Assembly: GCA_963770565.1 (NCBI GenBank)
Contig: CAVYQE010000008.1
Span: 128,001-192,000, forward strand
Length of the DNA: 64,000 nt
From: an uncultured Actinomycetota bacterium
GTDB lineage: Bacteria > Actinomycetota > Actinomycetes > JAFAQI01
Direction of reading: 5' to 3'
Shown: one piece after another, positions 57,035 to 64,000 of the stretch
How the letters are laid out: every line of letters starts with the position of its first letter
How positions within the stretch are numbered: the first letter of the stretch is position 1
Position numbers and translations under genes: made by a program
Notes under the pieces: model-generated
The model's input: the letters and a program-made list of their open reading frames with translations, nothing else
Told to the model about the DNA's origin: nothing
Databases searched by the model: none

Positions 57035-58773
57035 GCTCCGGCCCGAGCAGCTCCGGCGGAAGCACTGCAATGGCAAAGGGAAGAAGGGTCTCGGCAATGA
57101 TCTTTCGCCCCACCCAATCGATTCGTCGACGCACGTCGCTCACCTCGCGGCGGGTGGCTCTTGCCTCGGTCGCGGCGCTGGCTTCGGTGACTCTGACACC
57201 GGCCGCGTCGCACGCCGACACGTCCACCACGGTCACGGTGGTCGGGACCAGCGACGTCTTCGACTCCGACCTGATCCAGCAGGTGATCAAGCCGGGCTTC
57301 GAGGCCGCCTATCCCCAGTACACCTTGAACTACGTCAGCCAGGGCACCGGCGCCGCAATCGCCTACGCCGAGGCCGGCACGGCGAGTGCGCTGCTGGTGC
57401 ATGCCGCGTCGTTGGAGAACCAGCTCGTCGCCTCCGGCCCGCCGTCGTTCTCGTACGAGCAATACGGGCGGGCGATCTTCTACGGCGACTACGTTCTGCT
57501 CGGACCGGCTGACGACCCGGCGGGCGTCATGACGGGGGGAGCGGCCTCGAACAACATCGTCGACGCGTTCCAGAAGATCGCCGCAGCGGGCCAGGGCGGC
57601 ACGGTCAACTTCGTCTCCCGCGGCGGCACGCCCGGCACGACGGTCGAGGAGCACGGGATCTGGGCGCTGACCACCGGCGTCACCACCTGTCCGGTCAGCA
57701 CGCCGAACGGTGGCGGTTCAGTTCCGAACGCGGACACCAACTGCGGGACGCCGACGTTGCCGTCGTGGTACCACACCACCGGGCTGACCCAAGGCCCTAA
57801 CGTCGTTGCCGCGGACACCTGCAACTTCACCGGTGGCAACTGCTACGCGCTCACCGACCGGGGGACCTTCCAGTTCCTCGAGCAGGAGGGCGCGCTGACC
57901 AACCTGCAGGTCGTCGCCAAGAACAACGCGGCTTCGGCGCCGGGCGGCGCCAACCTGTTGATCAACTCCTTCCACGCCTACGCGATCAACCCGGCCGCGT
58001 TCACCTCCAACCCGAATGTGCACATCAACCTGCAGGGCGCGCTCGCGTTCCTCGACTGGCTCACCTCGCCGGCCGGTCAGAACGCGGTGAACTCCTACCA
58101 GGCAAACGATCCGGGCGGACCGTCGTTCCATGAGGACGCCAGGCCGCAGATCGCGGTGAGCTCGACCCTGCCGGCCACGGTGAAGTCCGGCCACAAGCTG
58201 ACGATCACCGGCTCGCTGACCAACGTGGTGCCGGGTACGCCGCCGCTCGCCGGTGTGCAGATGACCCTGTCCGCAAAGCCCAACGGCGGCACGTCGGGCA
58301 GTGTGGCCACGACCACGACGGATTCGAACGGCAACTTCACCCTGCATTACACGCCGACCGCCAACGCGTCATACCGGGTGTCGAGTCCGGCGATCAGCCA
58401 GATCGAGAACTCGAGCCTCACACCGATCTACGGCGACTTGTTGCAGCCGACGTCAGTCGCGATCGGCAAGTCCACGGTGACCGGGGCGCCCACCATCAGC
58501 AGTGTCAAGGCGCACGCGGGCGCGGTAACCATCAAGGGCACGCTGTCGCCGACCGTCACCGGATCGGGCGCGAAGCTTGTGGTGTACGCCGGGCACGCAC
58601 GCGCCGCCAGCCTGCATGTCGTGTCGACGGTCGCACTTCGTAACGGCGCGAAGACGTTCACCGTCAAGGTGAAACTGCGTCGCGGCATCACCTGGAAAGT
58701 TAAGGTGAAATACGTGAACACCGGCACGATCACCGCGGGCACGTCCGCGGCGTCGTCGGTGCACGTGACCTGA
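57031..58773 (+). CDS. TupA-like (tungstate-type) substrate-binding protein with C-terminal Ig-like extension
   Basis: GTG.A...A..G.A..LLVHA, FVSRG..GT..E and Y.LTDRGTF TupA motifs, plus about 200 aa of beta-rich C-terminal sequence. Start could be 57031, 57070 or 57097. Confidence 0.8.
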   Translation: MSSGPSSSGGSTAMAKGRRVSAMIFRPTQSIRRRTSLTSRRVALASVAALASVTLTPAASHADTSTTVTVVGTSDVFDSDLIQQVIKPGFEAAYPQYTLNYVSQGTGAAIAYAEAGTASALLVHAASLENQLVASGPPSFSYEQYGRAIFYGDYVLLGPADDPAGVMTGGAASNNIVDAFQKIAAAGQGGTVNFVSRGGTPGTTVEEHGIWALTTGVTTCPVSTPNGGGSVPNADTNCGTPTLPSWYHTTGLTQGPNVVAADTCNFTGGNCYALTDRGTFQFLEQEGALTNLQVVAKNNAASAPGGANLLINSFHAYAINPAAFTSNPNVHINLQGALAFLDWLTSPAGQNAVNSYQANDPGGPSFHEDARPQIAVSSTLPATVKSGHKLTITGSLTNVVPGTPPLAGVQMTLSAKPNGGTSGSVATTTTDSNGNFTLHYTPTANASYRVSSPAISQIENSSLTPIYGDLLQPTSVAIGKSTVTGAPTISSVKAHAGAVTIKGTLSPTVTGSGAKLVVYAGHARAASLHVVSTVALRNGAKTFTVKVKLRRGITWKVKVKYVNTGTITAGTSAASSVHVT

Positions 58774-58775
58774 GC

Positions 58776-60065
58776 ATGCGGTTCGCGCCGCCAAGCCGAG
58801 CGCTGATTGCCGCGCTCGCGCTCGGTGGCGCGCTTGCCGTTTCGGCCGTGCCTGCGGCCGCCGCGACCTCATGCCCGACCGGCGACCCGTGCATCGCCGT
58901 GCATCTGCAGTCCGGCACGCAGTACGTCACGGCTTCGCAGATCACCGCGGAGGCAACGGCTGCGGCCGATGCAGGCGCGGCGAACGCGGTGCAGAACGTT
59001 CAGTACCTGTTCAGCGCCGGTGCAGGCGCCGGGCCGTTCGTCGCACTCGGGCTTTCGGTCAACGCCCTCTTGCAGAACCTGCTCGGTCCGACCGCGTTCG
59101 GTCAAGTGACGTTCACCGAGCTCACCCGACCGATCGACGGCAGCGAGTCGATCCTCCAAGCAAGCACCGGCGACCTGTCGGCGCCGTCGGCCTTCCTCGG
59201 CGGTCAGCTCCCGGTGTTCTGGGTCAACGGCTCCGAGATCGACTACACCCGGCCGCTGCGCGACGGCTCGGACAACGCGGCGACCGATGACGCGATCCAG
59301 AGCGATCAGGGCGGCGCGCTCGACCTGTACGTCCACACCGGGCCGTTGCTCACCGTCACCGCACATGCGAGCGCAACGACGATCAAGGCCGACCAGGCCG
59401 TGACGTTTACTGCCAGCAGCTCCGGCGACTCGATCACGCCGGCCTATCGCTGGACCCTGTTCGGCAGCCCGCACCGGTTCGCCACCGGCCAGCGGGTGAC
59501 CCACACCTTCGCAACCTCGGGGGAGTACGAAGTGCTGCTCAGCGCGGCCGGACCGGACGACTCGGCCGGCGCCGCCAGCCCGCTGTTCATCACCGTGGGC
59601 AGCGCCACCTCGTCACCGTCGAAGTCGCCGAGCCCGGGCTCGAGCGGCCCGCGGTCGCCGAGCACCAGCCCGGACCCGACCGCGAGCTCGCACCCGACGG
59701 CCACGCCCAGCGGCCAGGGGTCCGGTTCGCCGCCTCCGGGTGGGAGCGCGACCGACGGCAGTGGTCCGACCCCGAGCGCGGCGGCGAGCGGCTCGGTACG
59801 GCCGACCCCACCGGCCAACCCCGGTCAACTCCCGGTCGTCAGCGGGCGGCTGATCGGCGAGGGGGTGGCCCTGCTGACCACTCCCGGTGCATCGTCGGCG
59901 CAGGTTCAGGGTGGCGCGATCCCGGCAGCGCGAATGTCGACCGGCTGGCGCGTGACGACCGCGACCGGCTCGGTGCTGGCGATAATGCTGTTGTTCGGGT
60001 TGGGTGCCGCCCGCGAGCTGCGCTGGTCGAGAACGGGGTCGAAGACGTGGGTGCGACGGCATTGA
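58776..60065 (+). CDS. Cell-surface PKD-domain protein with Pro/Ser linker and C-terminal TM anchor
   Basis: Signal peptide, VTFTAS...YRW....ATG..VTHTFATSGEYEV.L PKD motif, S/P/G-rich spacer, then a TM helix and basic tail. Confidence 0.8.
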   Translation: MRFAPPSRALIAALALGGALAVSAVPAAAATSCPTGDPCIAVHLQSGTQYVTASQITAEATAAADAGAANAVQNVQYLFSAGAGAGPFVALGLSVNALLQNLLGPTAFGQVTFTELTRPIDGSESILQASTGDLSAPSAFLGGQLPVFWVNGSEIDYTRPLRDGSDNAATDDAIQSDQGGALDLYVHTGPLLTVTAHASATTIKADQAVTFTASSSGDSITPAYRWTLFGSPHRFATGQRVTHTFATSGEYEVLLSAAGPDDSAGAASPLFITVGSATSSPSKSPSPGSSGPRSPSTSPDPTASSHPTATPSGQGSGSPPPGGSATDGSGPTPSAAASGSVRPTPPANPGQLPVVSGRLIGEGVALLTTPGASSAQVQGGAIPAARMSTGWRVTTATGSVLAIMLLFGLGAARELRWSRTGSKTWVRRH

Positions 60066-60072
60066 GGACACC

Positions 60073-60717
60073 GTGACCCACGGCATCGAGCAGGCAATCT
60101 TCGACGTTGCCCGATCACTCGAGGTCCCAGTGCTCATCCTCGCTCTGCTCGCCCTCGCCGCGGTGATCGTCGAGATCGGCGCGTTCGCGGTCGAGTTGAG
60201 GAATCGGCAGCAGCGTCGGTTCGCGGCGGTCGCCGCCGCAGCGGCTGACGCCCGCAAGGCGATTGCCGACGGCGACCGTGGCGCGGCGACCGCGACGCTC
60301 AGCGAGGTGGCCTGGAGCGCGGCGATGGCAGAGACGCTGAAGACCATCGCCGAGCAAGCCGGCGAGTCGGGAGCGGATACCCGGCTGGCCAAGGCGCTCG
60401 CCGACTTCGACTTCGACTCCCAGCGCCGTCTCGCGCGCACCAGGCTTCTGGTCCGGGCCGGTCCGGCGCTCGGCCTGATGGGCACTTTGATCCCGTTGTC
60501 GCCTGCGCTCGAAGGGCTGCGCAACGGCAACACGACAGTGCTCAGTCAGAACCTCCGAGTTGCCTTCAGCGTGACCGTCCTCGGCCTGCTTGTTGGCGCG
60601 ATCGCCTTCGGGATCTCGCTCTACCGCGACCGGATGTACGGCCAGGACCTCTCCGACCTCGAGTACGTCGCCGCCGTACTCACCGATGACCGGCCGGCGC
60701 CGGGGGTGCCAGCATGA
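60073..60717 (+). CDS. MotA/TolQ/ExbB proton-channel family protein
   Basis: R.LVR.GPALGLMGTLIPL.PAL.GL and L.VAFS.TV.GL motifs, three TMs; GAGG RBS before GTG 60073. Confidence 0.88.
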   Translation: MTHGIEQAIFDVARSLEVPVLILALLALAAVIVEIGAFAVELRNRQQRRFAAVAAAAADARKAIADGDRGAATATLSEVAWSAAMAETLKTIAEQAGESGADTRLAKALADFDFDSQRRLARTRLLVRAGPALGLMGTLIPLSPALEGLRNGNTTVLSQNLRVAFSVTVLGLLVGAIAFGISLYRDRMYGQDLSDLEYVAAVLTDDRPAPGVPA

Positions 60718-61037
60718 TCAAGGTCACGCCGCGGGCCCGACTGCGCGAGGACCGGGCCGGGGATCCGCTCGACGGTCTGGTCAACCTCTTCGACCTCGGC
60801 ATCGTCCTGGCGGTCGCGTTCCTGCTTGCCGCGCTCGCCTCGCTCAACCTCACGAAGGCGTTCACCAAGAACGGCCTTCATCCGGTGGCGCCAGGCACGA
60901 TCACGATTGCTCCCGGCCAGACCGTGCACACGTTGCCTTCGCCCGGTGCCCGGACGATCGGTCCCGGGGTGAAGGTGGGCACGGTCTACCGGCTGCCGTC
61001 GGGCAAGCTCGTCTACGTGACCGGCCCGTCCAAGTAA
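60714..61037 (+). CDS. DUF2149 domain protein (ExbD/MotB-like partner)
   Basis: DPLDGLVNLFDLGIVLAVAFL single TM with a membrane Asp, C-terminal G.KVGTVYRL.SGKLVYV; ATGA overlap. Confidence 0.85.
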   Translation: MIKVTPRARLREDRAGDPLDGLVNLFDLGIVLAVAFLLAALASLNLTKAFTKNGLHPVAPGTITIAPGQTVHTLPSPGARTIGPGVKVGTVYRLPSGKLVYVTGPSK

Positions 61038-61058
61038 CGGCTCGCCCGGAGCGATGCG

Positions 61059-61778
61059 GTGAAGTTCATCTGGCGAGGGCTGCGGCAGGCGTGGCACCTC
61101 ATCGTCACCGGCGATCCCAGTCTCCGCCATCTCACCTGGATCACCCTCGACGTCGCGGTCGTGGCGACTGTGGTCGCGGTGGTCATCGGGTTGCCGCTCG
61201 GTCTGGCGCTCGGGCTCGGCCGGTTCCGGGGCCGGCAGGCCGGCATCATCCTGGCCAATGCCGGCCTTGGCCTGCCGCCGGTGATGGTCGGATTGGTGTT
61301 GGCGCTGTTGATGTTTCCGGCCGCGCCACTCGGGCGGTTCCATCTGCTGTTCACTCTGCACGGGGTCTACATCGCGCAGTCGCTGCTGTCGTTCCCGATC
61401 ATCGTGGCGCTCAGCTGCTCGGCGGTGCGCGCCTTGCCACCCGGCCTGATCGAGCAGGCCAGGGCGTTCGACGCCGGCCGGCTGCAGATCTGGGCGCTCG
61501 CGGCCCGCGAGGCGCGGGTCGGGATCCTGACCGCGGTGATCGCGGCGGTGGGGTCGGCGCTCTCCGAGGTCGGCGCCGTCGTGCTGGTCGGCGGCAACAT
61601 CTATGGCAACGACCAGACGCTCGCCAGCGCGACGATCTTCGCCGTCGACCAGGCCCAGTTTGGCTACGCGATGGCGATCGGCATCATCCTGCTCGGGCTG
61701 ATCCTCGTGGTGGCGGCCGTGCTGACCTTGATCCAACAGGGTTCGGCGCACCGGGTCCGGATCCGGCCACCGTCATGA
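61059..61778 (+). CDS. ABC transporter permease, TupB-like
   Basis: GLPLG..L...RF.GR, N..LGLPPV.VGL, AQ..L..PII and SEVGAV.LVGGNI...QTL motifs. Confidence 0.88.
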   Translation: MKFIWRGLRQAWHLIVTGDPSLRHLTWITLDVAVVATVVAVVIGLPLGLALGLGRFRGRQAGIILANAGLGLPPVMVGLVLALLMFPAAPLGRFHLLFTLHGVYIAQSLLSFPIIVALSCSAVRALPPGLIEQARAFDAGRLQIWALAAREARVGILTAVIAAVGSALSEVGAVVLVGGNIYGNDQTLASATIFAVDQAQFGYAMAIGIILLGLILVVAAVLTLIQQGSAHRVRIRPPS

Positions 61779-62734
61779 GCGCGCCGATCGCCGCACCGCG
61801 GCCGCTGCTCCGCGCGACCTCGCTCGGCGTCCGCCGTGGTGGTGCCGACGTCCTGCACGGGGTCAGCCTCGACGTCGGGCCGGGCGAGGTGCTGGCGGTG
61901 CTCGGACCGAACGGCGCCGGTAAGAGCACCCTGCTGGCCGCCCTGGGCGGTGGGCTGAAGCCGTCGACCGGCACGGTCGAACGGGCCGGCCGGGTGGCAA
62001 CCGCGATGCAGTCACCCGACCTCGCCCGCCGCAGCGCGCGGGCCAACGTCGAGGTGGCACTCGCCTGGTGGGGCGTGTCGAGACGCGAGCGCCGGGATCG
62101 CGCCGCTGAGGCGCTCGCGGCCATGCAAGCCGACCATCTGGCCGACCGGCAGACCACCGCCATGTCCGGTGGTGAACGAAGGCGGGTCCACATCGCGCGT
62201 GCGCTCGCGTTGCGGCCCGACGTCTTGCTGCTCGACGAGCCGTTCGCCGGGCTCGACCCGGTCAGCCGGGGCGCACTGCTCGACGACACCGCGTCCGCGC
62301 TCCGGGGCGGCTCCGGCGCGGTGGTGCTCGTCGTCCACGACCGGGCCGAGGCGTGGGCACTTGCGAACCGGCTGGTCGTACTCATCGATGGCCGGATCGC
62401 CGCGGAGGGCCCGCCGCGCGAGGTGCTCGAGGCACCGCCGAGTGCCGGCGTCGCGCGGTTCCTGGGCTTCACTGGCGAGTTCCGTGACGGGACCGAGCTG
62501 GTGTTCACCCGGCCCAGCCAGGTGCACCTCGACCCGCAGGGCGAGATCGCGGCCACCGTCGTACGGCTGATCCCGTTCGAGGACGGTGCGCGCGCCGAGC
62601 TGGAGACACCGACCGGGCACCTGTCGGCGATCGTGCCGTATCCGGGGCCGAGCGTCGGCGACGCGGTCCGGGTCCGCGTCGACGCGTGCGTGCGGTTTCC
62701 GGTCGATCACCAATATGGTGAGGCCCGTGGCTGA
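61775..62734 (+). CDS. ABC transporter ATP-binding protein, TupC-like
   Basis: GPNGAGKST, MSGGE, LLLDEPF and H-loop motifs, C-terminal TOBE-like region; ATG 61775. Confidence 0.9.
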   Translation: MSAPIAAPRPLLRATSLGVRRGGADVLHGVSLDVGPGEVLAVLGPNGAGKSTLLAALGGGLKPSTGTVERAGRVATAMQSPDLARRSARANVEVALAWWGVSRRERRDRAAEALAAMQADHLADRQTTAMSGGERRRVHIARALALRPDVLLLDEPFAGLDPVSRGALLDDTASALRGGSGAVVLVVHDRAEAWALANRLVVLIDGRIAAEGPPREVLEAPPSAGVARFLGFTGEFRDGTELVFTRPSQVHLDPQGEIAATVVRLIPFEDGARAELETPTGHLSAIVPYPGPSVGDAVRVRVDACVRFPVDHQYGEARG

Positions 62735-63101
62735 GCTGCTCCGCATCGGCGAGGTGTCGAAGGCGCTCGGCGTCAGCATCGACACCCTGCGCCGATGGGA
62801 GGCCGACGGCCGGGTGAAGTTCGTCCGGCGCGGCAATCAGCGGATGCTGCCGGCCGCCCAGCTCGGCAAGCTCCTGCGGTCTCAGACCGGGTCGACCAAC
62901 AAGTCCAGTGCCCGCAACCGGCTCACCGGGGTGGTGGTCTCGGTCGACCGCGACGGGGTCATGGCCAAGGTCGAGATGGCGTGCGGCGACTTCCGGATCG
63001 TGTCGTTGATGAGCCGGGAGGCGGCCGACGATCTCAAGCTCGAGCCGGGCGTGTTCGCGACCGCGGTGGTCAAGGCGACGAACGTGATCATCGACCGGTG
63101 A
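62727..63101 (+). CDS. MerR/excisionase-type HTH + TOBE (molybdate/tungstate-binding) regulator
   Basis: LRIGEV...LGVSIDTLRRWE HTH; SSARNRL.G.V...DGVMA.VE...SLMSREA...L.L.PG..A.AVVKATNV Mop/TOBE domain. Confidence 0.92.
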   Translation: MAELLRIGEVSKALGVSIDTLRRWEADGRVKFVRRGNQRMLPAAQLGKLLRSQTGSTNKSSARNRLTGVVVSVDRDGVMAKVEMACGDFRIVSLMSREAADDLKLEPGVFATAVVKATNVIIDR

Positions 63102-63133
63102 GCTCGCCGCGCTGGTAAACGCGGGCGGATCGG

Positions 63134-63721
63134 TCAGACCGGCTGGGCGACCGGCTCGGCCGGCTCGAGGGCCGGCGCCGGTGCCGACGGCTCCGCCTCG
63201 GGCGGCGCGGAATGCGTCACCCGCATCACCAGGATGACCGCGCCGAGGAGCAGCACCAGGTCACCGACACTCAGCATGTTGCGCAGCGGCAGCCAGGACG
63301 GCGTGACCATGATGTCGCCGAGCCAGCTCAGGTGCGGGTGGGCCAGCACGCCGGAGTTCTGGAAGCCGACCCGCGGCTTGATGCCGGCCGCACGGAGCGC
63401 GTGGGCCGTGGCGGGCAGCGTGCCGTCGTTGACCGCGATCGCGAGTGCATTTGAGCCGGCTCCGAGCGCGATCACGATCATGCCGGGCACGGTCCGGTTG
63501 ACCCAGACCACGGCGGCCAGCATGGCGTAGGTCGCAAGGTGCAGGCCGACCGCGACCGGGTGCGGCATCGCCGGCCAGATCGTGATCACGAAGACCTGCA
63601 CGGCGAGGGCCGCGATCGCCAGCGGCACCCATCGGAGCTTGATCTCGGCCAGCCGGCGCAGGTTGCCGCCGGTGACGGGGACGAGTACGACGATCAGGAG
63701 CGCGCAGAATCCGAGGAACAT
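63134..63721 (-). CDS. DUF5317-like membrane protein
   Basis: GG.L.RLA, G...N.LAI.VN.G.LP, L.WLGDI and SVGD motifs; adjacent to an EAL gene. Confidence 0.8.
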   Translation of the reverse strand: MFLGFCALLIVVLVPVTGGNLRRLAEIKLRWVPLAIAALAVQVFVITIWPAMPHPVAVGLHLATYAMLAAVVWVNRTVPGMIVIALGAGSNALAIAVNDGTLPATAHALRAAGIKPRVGFQNSGVLAHPHLSWLGDIMVTPSWLPLRNMLSVGDLVLLLGAVILVMRVTHSAPPEAEPSAPAPALEPAEPVAQPV

Positions 63722-63722
63722 G

Positions 63723-64000
63723 TCACAACGCCTGCAGTTTTGCGCGCGCGGCCACGGCCGGCGGCCTGGTCCGCTGGCCCAACCAGGCGTTCAGCGCGTC
63801 GGCGGTAAGCGGCCGAGCCAGTCGGTAGCCCTGAATCGTGTCGCAGTCGATCGAGGTGAGCAGCGCCCACGCCTCGTCCGTCTCGACGCCTTCGGCCGTG
63901 ACCGAAAGCCCGAAGCGGTGGCCCAGGTCCACGATCGCGCGCACGATGATCTCGTCCTTGGGGCTCTCCCCGAGTTCCGCGACGAACGACTTGTCGATCT
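63723..64000 (-). CDS. EAL-domain (c-di-GMP phosphodiesterase) protein, 3' end only
   Basis: IDKSFV, AIVDLGH..GL.VTAEGVET and CD.IQGY.LARP motifs; extends beyond the right edge. Confidence 0.9.
   Translation of the reverse strand, partial: IDKSFVAELGESPKDEIIVRAIVDLGHRFGLSVTAEGVETDEAWALLTSIDCDTIQGYRLARPLTADALNAWLGQRTRPPAVAARAKLQAL

Noticed and set aside
60073-61037. Flagellar stator MotAB or Zorya ZorAB defence system
   Set aside because: The partner lacks an OmpA-like peptidoglycan-binding domain, the ExbB-like protein has no long ZorA tail, and no flagellar or zorC/D/E genes are present.

Overview
High-GC actinobacterial chromosome segment (roughly 70% GC by eye, not computed). It has many apparently leaderless genes, an actinobacterial LexA box, an imuA'-imuB-dnaE2 cassette, and DUF3039, dodecin and F420-type LLM genes. 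Most of the window is ordinary metabolism: murT/gatD, GH15, a cytosine salvage operon, cysG, tldDE, acyl-CoA carboxylase and beta-oxidation genes, an acetate uptake/activation island with a LytS/LytTR pair, a SigL-like ECF sigma with its anti-sigma, and cspA. Two accessory loci stand out. (1) 56.3-63.1 kb is a tightly coupled operon in which a tungstate-type (TupABC) ABC transporter with an Ig-extended binding protein and an HTH-TOBE regulator is interleaved with a MotA/TolQ/ExbB + DUF2149 (ExbD/MotB-like) ion-channel pair, a membrane-anchored PKD protein and a collagen-repeat exported protein. No TonB or TonB-dependent receptor is present in the window. This is the best candidate for an undescribed system. 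(2) 3.9-9.9 kb is a cellulose-synthase-like GT2 co-transcribed with a GH26 lipoprotein and two GT-C-type transferases, suggesting an uncharacterised surface polysaccharide pathway. Also seen: a 31-bp palindromic tandem repeat, several short inverted-repeat elements, an apparent AKR-carboxyltransferase fusion that is probably a 1-bp indel, and several readable regulatory sites. No tRNA, rRNA, CRISPR array, transposase or integrase was recognised. All family assignments come from motif recognition by eye, not database searches.
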